64,000 nt of DNA from assembly GCA_965368975.1 (NCBI GenBank), contig CBDUPA010000018.1:85999-149998 (forward strand), read 5' to 3'. Position numbers and translations under genes: made by a program. Source of the stretch: an uncultured bacterium (GTDB lineage Bacteria; Acidobacteriota; Thermoanaerobaculia; Multivoradales; JAHZIX01). Positions 10,147-18,434 of this stretch are shown piece by piece; position 1 is the stretch's first letter; every line of letters starts with the position of its first letter. The notes below the pieces were generated by a model. It was not told the origin of the DNA. It searched no databases and was given only the letters and a program-made list of their open reading frames with translations.

Positions 10147-10562
10147 GTGCGTAGCTCCAGGACGTGCTGGTCGAGAACAAAGCACTGAAAACTGCCGCTG
10201 AAAACCTCGTCCTCGCCGCGCCAGACCTTCACGTTGACTTGCCGGCGACGCCCCTCGGCCCGGCCTTCGAGCCGGGCTTCTGCGCGCACGGCCTCCCCCA
10301 CCCGGACCGGCTTCAGGAAGCGAGTTTCCGCGGCTCCGAGAACAACGTAAGGATGATTCACCGCCAGCATGGCGGCATAGTCCGCCAGGCCGAAGAGGAA
10401 GCCACCATGGACCAGCCCGTGGCCATCGACCGTCATCTCGGCATCGGTCTGCAGCTCGACGATAGCGACATCGGTCGCCAAGTCGACAACCCGGCCACAC
10501 AGTCGTGGACTGGTGGCCAGGTGCGTGCGCTGCATCCGGTGATGGCCCGAGTCGCGGATCAC
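10143..10562 (-). CDS. PaaI-family hotdog-fold thioesterase
   Basis: GLVHGGFLFGLADYAAM and FLKPV motifs. Confidence 0.85.
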   Translation of the reverse strand: MIRDSGHHRMQRTHLATSPRLCGRVVDLATDVAIVELQTDAEMTVDGHGLVHGGFLFGLADYAAMLAVNHPYVVLGAAETRFLKPVRVGEAVRAEARLEGRAEGRRRQVNVKVWRGEDEVFSGSFQCFVLDQHVLELRT

Positions 10563-12190
10563 TCCTCCCCCATGTGCGGGTAAGCGATGTCGGTCGGCGG
10601 CACGAAGGTCTCCTTCATCGAGCGCTGGCTGGTCCAGCGCAGCAGGTTGAGCTTCGAACCAGCCTTGTCGTTGGTGCCTGAGGCGCGCGAACCGCCGAAC
10701 GGCTGCTGCCCGACCACCGCGCCGGTGGGCTTGTCATTGAAGTAGAAGTTGCCGGCGGCGTGCCGCAGCGCGTCGGCCATGTAGACCAGGGCAGCGCGAT
10801 CCTGCGCGAAGATGGCGCCGGTGAGCCCATAATCGCTGGTGGTGTCGCACAGACGGAGCGCCTCGTCCAGGTTCGCGTCGTCATAGACGAAGAGAGTCAA
10901 GACCGGGCCGAACAGCTCTTCCTGCATGAGGCGGAACTTCGGATCGGTGGTCACCACGACGGTCGGCTCGACGAAGTAGCCGGTCGAGTCGTCGCAACCG
11001 CCACCGATCACCACTTCTGCGTCGTCCGAGCTGCGCGCGTACTCGATGGCACCGGACAGCTTGTCGAACGAGCCCTGGTCGATGACCGCGGCCATGAAGT
11101 TGCGGAAGTCGAGCGGCGACCCCATCTGGATGGCGCCGACCAGCTCTTTGAGCTCGCTCTCAAGCTGCGGCCACAGCGAGCGCGGGATGTAGCCGCGCGA
11201 GGCTGCCGAGCACTTCTGGCCCTGGTATTCGAAGGCACCACGCGTCAGTGCCACCGCCAGCGCCCGCACGTCGGCCGTGGGATGCGCGAAGACGAAGTCC
11301 TTGCCTCCGGTCTCACCGACAATGCGCGGGTAGGTACGATAGTTGGCGATGTTCTCGCCAATGGTGCGCCACATGCCCTGGAACACCTCGGTGGAACCGG
11401 TGAAGTGGATGCCGGCCAGGTCGGGCTGTGCCAGCACGGGATCGCCCACTTGACTGCCCGAGCCCGGCAGGAAGTTGATGACACCGTCCGGCAGGCCGGC
11501 GGCCTGCAGCAGCTTCATCAAGTAGTAGCCTGAGTACACCGAGGTCGAGGCCGGCTTCCACAGCGCCGTGTTCCCCATCAGGGCTGGCGCCGTCGGGAGA
11601 TTGCCGGCGATCGAGGTGAAGTTGAAAGGCGTGACGGCGAAGACAAAGCCTTCGAGCGCGCGGTACTCGGTGGTGTTCCAGACACCCGGCGACGACAGCG
11701 GCTGCTCCTCGTACATCTCGCGCAAGAAGCCCACGTTGAAGCGCCAGAAGTCGATCAGTTCGCAGGCGGAATCGATCTCGGCCTGGAACACCGTCTTCGA
11801 CTGGTTGAGCATGGTCGCGGCGTTGATCGTGTCGCGCCAGGGCCCCGCCAGCAGGTCGGCCGCCTTGAGGAAGACCGCGGCGCGCGCCTGCCAGGGCATC
11901 TCCGACCATTCCTTCCAGGCCTGGGCAGCAGCAGCGGCGGCTTGACGTACCTCGGTCTCGCCGGCCTTGTGGTACGTCGCGAGGACGTGACCGTGGTCGT
12001 GCGGGCAAACGCTCTGGCCGGTGTTGCCAGTGCGCACTTCCTTGCCGCCGAGGATCAGCGGAATGTCGATCTGCTCGGCCGACATCTCGGCCAGCCGTGC
12101 TTTGAGCGAGGCTTTCTCCGGGCTACCGGGAGCATAGGATCGGATGGGTTCATTGACCGGCGTCGGTACAGACAGGATGGCGTTGGACAT
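10559..12190 (-). CDS. pruA: L-glutamate gamma-semialdehyde (P5C) dehydrogenase
   Basis: NEPIRSYAPGSPE, QAEIDSACELIDF, PFNFTSI, FTGST, GETGGKDF, FEYQGQKCSAASR, QPFGGSRASGTNDKAG. Confidence 0.95.
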   Translation of the reverse strand: MSNAILSVPTPVNEPIRSYAPGSPEKASLKARLAEMSAEQIDIPLILGGKEVRTGNTGQSVCPHDHGHVLATYHKAGETEVRQAAAAAAQAWKEWSEMPWQARAAVFLKAADLLAGPWRDTINAATMLNQSKTVFQAEIDSACELIDFWRFNVGFLREMYEEQPLSSPGVWNTTEYRALEGFVFAVTPFNFTSIAGNLPTAPALMGNTALWKPASTSVYSGYYLMKLLQAAGLPDGVINFLPGSGSQVGDPVLAQPDLAGIHFTGSTEVFQGMWRTIGENIANYRTYPRIVGETGGKDFVFAHPTADVRALAVALTRGAFEYQGQKCSAASRGYIPRSLWPQLESELKELVGAIQMGSPLDFRNFMAAVIDQGSFDKLSGAIEYARSSDDAEVVIGGGCDDSTGYFVEPTVVVTTDPKFRLMQEELFGPVLTLFVYDDANLDEALRLCDTTSDYGLTGAIFAQDRAALVYMADALRHAAGNFYFNDKPTGAVVGQQPFGGSRASGTNDKAGSKLNLLRWTSQRSMKETFVPPTDIAYPHMGEE

Positions 12191-12393
12191 GGTTGGAGCG
12201 TCCTCCTCTGCGTCGGCGAAGCAGCCGCATCTCAGGACACGGCCGCGGGTGGTTCGTGGCTACAAGTGGTTCCGGCGGACAAGTCGTGGCAGTCGTTCCA
12301 CGGCATCGGAGCGGGCTCGCTAGGCGTGCACGCGGAACGCCGAGATGGTAGCAGAAGACGGCCATGCGCGTGGCTTCCGTGGCCACACTACAC

Positions 12394-12420
12394 CTTGGTT
12401 CGCAACACTTGGTTCGCAAC
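12394..12420. repeat. 13-bp perfect direct repeat upstream of pruA, possible operator
   Basis: CTTGGTTCGCAAC-A-CTTGGTTCGCAAC. Confidence 0.7.
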
Positions 12421-12460
12421 GTCGCGACTGCACGCCGGCCCCCCTCAGGGCGAGGCACTA

Positions 12461-14014
12461 CTACTCCGAGGGCGACGGCAGGAAGGGCTTGTAGGTCAAG
12501 AGCCACAGGTCGGCATAGTCTCGCTGCGCGCGCATCCGCAACAACTCCAGCTGCCGCACTTCGGCCAGATCTCCGGCCTGGTCGATCAGGTGGTAGATGT
12601 GGTGCTCGTACTGACTGACGTACGCCCCGGTCAGGCGCAGCGTCTCGCGCGCTCGGGCAAAGGTCGGAGAGTCGCCCGTCACCGAGGTCTCGTCCATCAA
12701 GGTACGGATGTCCTCGGCATCCTGGCACAGGCGCACACGGGCCGAGGCGCCCAAGCGGACCATCAGTTCCAGGTCTGAATCGGTCTCCTGCCCCTCGCGC
12801 CGGAAGGCGATGACTTCGCGCGTCTCCAAGCGAAAGCGGTAGATCTCGGGACTGAGCGTTACCGACTCGACGCTGGCCGCCTCACTGGTCTCCTCCAACG
12901 CCTGCTTGATCTCCTGGTACGCATCGCGCAGGGCCGGAGGAATCGCCAGCGTGCCCGGCCGCTCCAGAACCTGATCGAGTTCCAGCTCGGCCATCCAGCT
13001 GCCGTCGGATAGGGGGGCTGGTTCCGGCTCGACCTCGGTCAGTCTCGGCATCAGCTCGCGCATGCGGTCACGCAACTGGGCCAAGTCCTCCAACCGCACT
13101 TCGGAACGCGACAACCGACGCTCGAAGACCTCGACCTCGCGCTTGAACTCTTTCAGCTCGGCTTCGAGCGCTCGACCAACCGGCTCGGCACGCTCGCGTT
13201 CGAGGTCGAAGATGCGCTGGTACTCGGAGATGATGCGCTGCTCTTCTTCCCCATACAAGCGCTGGATGGTCTCCTTGAAGGCCAGGTTGGTGGCCAGGAT
13301 CGCCAGCTGCAATTCCGGATGAAACACCAGCATGCCGAGAGCCCGTTTGCGCTCCCGGTACTCGTTGACCAGCTGGCGCTCGTGCAACTCGTCGAGACTG
13401 CTGACCTCACGTAAGCCCAAGCGCAGGCTTTCGATCGCCTGCCGCTGCTGTTCGACCTCGTCCGGATTGGGTGCAGGCACCCGCAACAAGGCCCACTGAG
13501 CCTGGAAGATCTCGCGCAGGCGACTGGCTTCTTTGAGGCTTCGCCGGCCGCTGGGCCCCGGCTCATCCTCCCCCAGGCGTGAGAGCAGGAAGTCGACCTT
13601 GTCGAAACGATCTGGGCTCCACAACTTGTCACCGCAGGCGTAGAGGTAGAAGCGCACCAGCTGCGTCAGAATCCGCTCGTCGTAGTTCTTGACCCTTTGG
13701 AAGAACTGCCGCACGAGATTCGGGGAGATTCTGCTATCCTCCTCGAGAAGATACGCGGTCAACTGGCCGAGCTGATCTTCAATGTCCGCCATTCGCTTCT
13801 GAATCTGCTCGGAACCTGCGGTGTTCAAGTTGGCGGACAGATCCTTGAGCTGAGAATAGACGTCTTGGAATCCACGACCTTGCTGCACCTTCTCCTCTTC
13901 GAAGAAGATCTTGCGGATACTCTGGACAAATTGCTGGAACGCCCAGCTTGCCCGGAATCGTCCGGACAGCTCAACGTACCGCTGGTGTGCGGCGGCTAGT
14001 TCGGTGACTGACAT
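12461..14014 (-). CDS. Hypothetical helical/coiled-coil protein (about 517 aa)
   Basis: Long E/R/L/Q-rich ORF; GGGGAG upstream of ATG 14014; the track extension to 14224 overlaps hpt. Confidence 0.8.
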   Translation of the reverse strand: MSVTELAAAHQRYVELSGRFRASWAFQQFVQSIRKIFFEEEKVQQGRGFQDVYSQLKDLSANLNTAGSEQIQKRMADIEDQLGQLTAYLLEEDSRISPNLVRQFFQRVKNYDERILTQLVRFYLYACGDKLWSPDRFDKVDFLLSRLGEDEPGPSGRRSLKEASRLREIFQAQWALLRVPAPNPDEVEQQRQAIESLRLGLREVSSLDELHERQLVNEYRERKRALGMLVFHPELQLAILATNLAFKETIQRLYGEEEQRIISEYQRIFDLERERAEPVGRALEAELKEFKREVEVFERRLSRSEVRLEDLAQLRDRMRELMPRLTEVEPEPAPLSDGSWMAELELDQVLERPGTLAIPPALRDAYQEIKQALEETSEAASVESVTLSPEIYRFRLETREVIAFRREGQETDSDLELMVRLGASARVRLCQDAEDIRTLMDETSVTGDSPTFARARETLRLTGAYVSQYEHHIYHLIDQAGDLAEVRQLELLRMRAQRDYADLWLLTYKPFLPSPSE

Positions 14015-14152
14015 TCTCGGATACTCCCCATCGGCAGGCTCACGGTCAACTGGCTCCCGAGCCTCATCTCGAAGCGACGAATTCAGGTGCTCAGTTTCGA
14101 TGTGTCCAGTCTCAACGCATCTTCGATCCTCTATTCCTTGAGATTCTAGACG

Positions 14153-14689
14153 ATGACTCAAAGCGTACCGCATTCTGAGCCGAAGGTGCTCATTTCTCAG
14201 GAAGAACTTCACCGCCGCGTGCACGAGTTAGCGGCGCAAATCGAGGACGACTACCGGGACTCGAAAGACCTCCTGTGCATCGGCGTCCTGAAGGGTTCGA
14301 TCTTCTTCCTCTCCGACCTGCTGCAGCACGTGCGGCTACCCTGGAAGGTCGATCTGCTGCAAGCCGCCAGCTACGGATCGAGCAAGGTCCCCGGCGAGGT
14401 CCGCATCCGCAAAGACGTGGATATGCACGTACGGGGACGGGACATCCTGCTGGTGGAAGACATCGTCGACACCGGCTACACCCTGGCGACCGTGCTCGAG
14501 TTGATGCGCTTCCGCAAGGCGAACAGTGTCAAACTGTGCACCTTGCTCGAGAAGCCAGAGCGCCGCGAAGTCGAAGTCCCGATCGACTATTGCGGCTTTC
14601 AGATCGAAGACCGCTTTGTCGTCGGCTACGGCCTCGACTACGATGAGCAGTACCGCAACCTACCGTACATCGGCTATCTCGATGACTGA
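14153..14689 (+). CDS. hpt: Hypoxanthine phosphoribosyltransferase
   Basis: GVLKGS, PRPP motif ILLVEDIVDTGYTL, FVVGYGLDYDEQYRNLPYI. Confidence 0.96.
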   Translation: MTQSVPHSEPKVLISQEELHRRVHELAAQIEDDYRDSKDLLCIGVLKGSIFFLSDLLQHVRLPWKVDLLQAASYGSSKVPGEVRIRKDVDMHVRGRDILLVEDIVDTGYTLATVLELMRFRKANSVKLCTLLEKPERREVEVPIDYCGFQIEDRFVVGYGLDYDEQYRNLPYIGYLDD

Positions 14690-14728
14690 ACTCGGACTCT
14701 TGATCCGAGCCGCCAAGGAGGAGCACTC

Positions 14729-15106
14729 ATGAAGTTCCATCACACCGACGACGCCCCCGCCGCCATCGGCCCCTACTCGCAGGCCGTCGAGATCGACGGT
14801 CGTCTCTATACCTCCGGTCAGGTCGCGCTAGTTCCCGGTACAACGGACCTGGTGGGGCGCGACTTCGAGAGCCAGGCCAAGCAGGTGCTGGCCAACCTCG
14901 AAGCCGTGCTGGCGACCGCCGGCTGCACCTTCCAGGACGTCATCAAGTCCACCATCTACGTCACTGACCTGGGTAACTTCACCAAGCTCAACGACCTCTA
15001 CGCCGAGGCGATGGGCGACCACCGCCCGGCCCGCTCGACGGTGCAGGTGGCGGCTCTGCCGAAGAATGCGCTGGTCGAGATCGACCTGATCGCGCGCATT
15101 CCTTGA
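14729..15106 (+). CDS. ridA: RidA-family reactive intermediate deaminase
   Basis: APAAIGPYSQAV, SGQV, PARSTVQVAALPKNALVEID; AGGAGG RBS. Confidence 0.92.
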   Translation: MKFHHTDDAPAAIGPYSQAVEIDGRLYTSGQVALVPGTTDLVGRDFESQAKQVLANLEAVLATAGCTFQDVIKSTIYVTDLGNFTKLNDLYAEAMGDHRPARSTVQVAALPKNALVEIDLIARIP

Positions 15107-15154
15107 CACCGAATCCCCGACCGCGGGCTGGCACGCCCAGGCCACGGGGGTAGC

Positions 15155-17419
15155 TCAAGGGAAAGGCTGCAGCGCGAACCAGAGGTCCAGGTCATAGCGC
15201 GGCTCGAGCGTTTCGGACAGGACGTGCTCGGGAAGCTGTGGCTGGGCGGCGTAGGGTTCCAGGGTCAACTCGACTTCGGAACCCAGCGCCGACTTGGTGA
15301 TCGACAATTCTTCTGCGTCGAGGATCACCCAGTGTACGACGCGCAGTAGCTGCTCATCGTTCGTAGCGCTCGCTTTGCCCTCTCCACCGTCGAGCCAGCG
15401 GAGGACACGGTACTCGTAGATCGCCAGCGCGTCGACATAGGGCGCGATCTCGTCCAGCGTTGGCGTCGCGGACTTGGCGACCAGCTCGGCGACCACACGG
15501 CGGGCTTCGACCGAGGGTCTGCCGGCACGTAGCTGAGCGTAGGTCTCGGCGTGGGCGCGGACCTCGGCCTCGTCGAGCAGACGGCCGTAGATCGCGACGC
15601 CCTCGAGGCTGCCCGGCCATGGACCGAACTGCAGCCAGCCGGGCGCGGACTCTCCGGCCCTCATCGGTTGACGCCAACGGAAGAAGTCGCGCTGGAGTCG
15701 ATCGCTGTTGAGCACAGGTTCACCGTCCAGATAAGCGCGCAGGCGGCCCGGTGTGTAGGTGAAGGCAACGTGATGGACCTGGCCGGGCGTCAACTCGACG
15801 AGCGAAGCGGTCTCGAGATTGGGGCCGAGTTGTAGCCGCAATTCGAGCTGGCGGTCGCGCTGGTGCAAGGCCAGCTTCGTCTGCCCGCCGCGTCCTAGCT
15901 GCACGAGGACTCCCGAGTTTTCCACGTCCTTCGCCGGCTGCCATTCCGCCGGTAGCGGCTGGACTGTCAGCTCGACGCTCAACTCGTTGCGGTCGCGTGC
16001 CCCGGTCAAGACCTGCTGCGCCCACTCGGCACCTGCCGTGAAACGCCCGCCGGTCAGTTGCAGGCGACCTTGTCGGTCCAGGTGCGCCAGGTCACTGGCG
16101 TCCAGATTGACACTGCTCTCCAGGGCCGGTTCACTACCCCGACCGGAAGCGCCGACGGTCAGGGGCACGAGGTTGGACGCACTCGCGCTCTGCCACAGCA
16201 GCAGCAGGTCTCCACGCGTCGTCGGCCAGGCGATCGAAGCATCCTCGTTGACTGTGCCGGGTGTCTCGGAGGCATCGCGTGACGGCGGCGAGCGCGTCCA
16301 GATGTCCGCGTAGTTCTCCCCTGCCGCGGGCGGTGCCAGATGGACGTCCGGGTAGCGATCCGACCCCGGATGCTCGGTGAGCCGCAGCGGCGCGGCGAGT
16401 AGCTGCAAGGTCGAGGGATCGACGGGCGCCACGAAAATGTCGTAGTTGGAGGCGTAATGATCGTGGCCTCCCGGCGAAGCGGCGAAGGCGAGCAGGCGGG
16501 CGTCGCGCGACAGCATCGGGAAGTAGGTGTATCCCTGCCCCGGCAGACGCGAGTCATTCTTACGCAGCAGGGTGGTCGACTCGCGGCTGTCGAGCCTCAT
16601 GGCACGCAGCGGACCGCCAGCACCATGCACCCACAAACCCCAGTGGCCATCACCCGAGAAGTAGGGCTCACAGCCACCCAGTTGCCGACGTTCGGCAATC
16701 CTTCCAGACCGGTTCTCGCCGTCGGCTGCTGGCTGAAAGAGAGAAAAACTCGGCACGCCGGTCGTGGCGTAGCGCAGCGTCGGATCGATCAGCCAGCCCA
16801 ACTCGGCATCCTGCTGGTCGACCAGGATGCGGGCGGCGCTGGGCTGTCCCGCCAAGTGACGCTCGACATCGAGCAGCAAGGTGCGTCCCTGAGCATCGAG
16901 ATAGATCAGTTCGTGCTCGTTGCGCCAAACCGCCGCGCGGTGTCCACGGCCGTAGGTGCGAGCGGCCCTGCTCAGCACGCGCGGCGGGTTGCCTTCGCGC
17001 ACCAGATCAGAGTCGAGATCCAGCAGCAGCAGGGTGCCGGCGACTTCACGCCGGGCATCACGTCCGCGCGGGACGGCGCGGCTGAGATAAACCAAGCGCC
17101 GGCCGCTGGGCGAAAGGTGTGGGCAACAGTGCTGCGCGGGGCCTTGCTGTCGAGTGCCTGGACCGTCGCTCTCCGAGGCACCCTCGTCGGGCGTCAGCTG
17201 ACGCAGGCCGCTACCATCGAGCCGCCGGGTCCAAATTCGCCAGTCGCCACCGCGCGCGGACTCCCAGACAACGAAGCCCGCGCCCAGCTGCTGCGAACCC
17301 ACGGCTTGGCCCGTCGGCTCGGGGTCGTCCACGCCCTGTGGCCCCTGAGTGCAGGCCGGCAATGCAACCAGCCCCAATGCCAGGACCAGGGCCAGCAGCG
17401 CCTCAGTGGTTGCGCTCAC
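15155..17419 (-). CDS. Putative lipoprotein with TolB/PD40-like beta-propeller and LamG-like domain
   Basis: Signal peptide with LPAC lipobox from GTG 17419 (start uncertain); VWES.RGG.W.IW, PHLSPSG, RLTEHPGSDRYPD; HHVAFTY...LRAYLDG...VAIYGRLL. Confidence 0.65.
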   Translation of the reverse strand: MSATTEALLALVLALGLVALPACTQGPQGVDDPEPTGQAVGSQQLGAGFVVWESARGGDWRIWTRRLDGSGLRQLTPDEGASESDGPGTRQQGPAQHCCPHLSPSGRRLVYLSRAVPRGRDARREVAGTLLLLDLDSDLVREGNPPRVLSRAARTYGRGHRAAVWRNEHELIYLDAQGRTLLLDVERHLAGQPSAARILVDQQDAELGWLIDPTLRYATTGVPSFSLFQPAADGENRSGRIAERRQLGGCEPYFSGDGHWGLWVHGAGGPLRAMRLDSRESTTLLRKNDSRLPGQGYTYFPMLSRDARLLAFAASPGGHDHYASNYDIFVAPVDPSTLQLLAAPLRLTEHPGSDRYPDVHLAPPAAGENYADIWTRSPPSRDASETPGTVNEDASIAWPTTRGDLLLLWQSASASNLVPLTVGASGRGSEPALESSVNLDASDLAHLDRQGRLQLTGGRFTAGAEWAQQVLTGARDRNELSVELTVQPLPAEWQPAKDVENSGVLVQLGRGGQTKLALHQRDRQLELRLQLGPNLETASLVELTPGQVHHVAFTYTPGRLRAYLDGEPVLNSDRLQRDFFRWRQPMRAGESAPGWLQFGPWPGSLEGVAIYGRLLDEAEVRAHAETYAQLRAGRPSVEARRVVAELVAKSATPTLDEIAPYVDALAIYEYRVLRWLDGGEGKASATNDEQLLRVVHWVILDAEELSITKSALGSEVELTLEPYAAQPQLPEHVLSETLEPRYDLDLWFALQPFP

Positions 17420-18221
17420 CGACCGGTGGTGCCGCGAACAGGGAACGATCGAAGCCATTACCGAAGCGTACGCCAACGCTGATCTCTTCAGTCCAAGTGG
17501 CGTCGGCCGCCAGGGCACCGTCCCAGCCAGCAGCCGGTGCGTAGCGGCGATAGGTGGGCAGCTGCAAGCCATCGATCTCCTCGTAACGCACCTCCATCAG
17601 CAGCGGATTCTCGAGACCGAAGTCGAGCACGGTAAAGAGGAAGCGGTCGATCAGGTGCGTCTCGGGGTGGATGTAGAGCAGGTAAGTGTCCGAGACGTCA
17701 CCGACCCCGCTCTTGAAGGTCAGCTTGACCAGGTCGTAGGTGGTGCCATCGTGCTCGCGAGTCCCCTCGTAGCTGTAGAGACAACCCGGGTCGAGTAGCT
17801 TGAACATCATGCTGAACCAGTAGTAGTTGGTCTTGCGCAGGAAGTCCGCCATCTTGGAAGCCTGTGGAGCACCGAGGCGATCACCGCCGAGCGCGATCCA
17901 GCTCGACTCGCCGTCGTAGCCCTGGGTGATCTCCAGCGGGCTGTCCTCGATGAATCCCTCGTGCACCGGGTAGGAGGCCCAGGAGAGTTCCCCGTCGAAG
18001 ACATAACGCTCGAGCGAGACGTCGAGCTTGCCGTCGGGGCGGCGATAGAGGTAGGTGTATTCGACATCCTGACGGGCATGCAGAGCACCGGCACCGCCAA
18101 CGGCATCAACGACCCCAGCGATCAGCGCCTCGGGATCCTTGGCAGCCTCGGCGGGGGCAACAAGAACCACTACGGCGAGCACAGCGATCAGGAGAGAGAG
18201 GCAAGCTGAGCGATAGGTCAC
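17403..18221 (-). CDS. Secreted DUF6503-like / lipoprotein-sorting-like protein
   Basis: Signal peptide ending AEA; AVGG, NYYWFSMMFKLLDPG, DTYLLYIHPET. Confidence 0.6.
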   Translation of the reverse strand: MTYRSACLSLLIAVLAVVVLVAPAEAAKDPEALIAGVVDAVGGAGALHARQDVEYTYLYRRPDGKLDVSLERYVFDGELSWASYPVHEGFIEDSPLEITQGYDGESSWIALGGDRLGAPQASKMADFLRKTNYYWFSMMFKLLDPGCLYSYEGTREHDGTTYDLVKLTFKSGVGDVSDTYLLYIHPETHLIDRFLFTVLDFGLENPLLMEVRYEEIDGLQLPTYRRYAPAAGWDGALAADATWTEEISVGVRFGNGFDRSLFAAPPVGERNH

Positions 18222-18434
18222 GATGGAATACTCCTTCCAGGAAGTTCAACGAGTGCATTGCGACAGGTCTAGAACTGCCGTAGTCCTCGAGCAGCATGCT
18301 ATCGCACGCCCCTCGCTTGGTTGACTACGGGTGTCCCGGGAGCGCCGGATGTGCCCGCATGCATCCCGCGCCAAGAAGCCGCCTCCGGCACCTTCAGCGA
18401 GGCGAGCCCGCTCCGACGAGCTGGCGGTTGGCGG

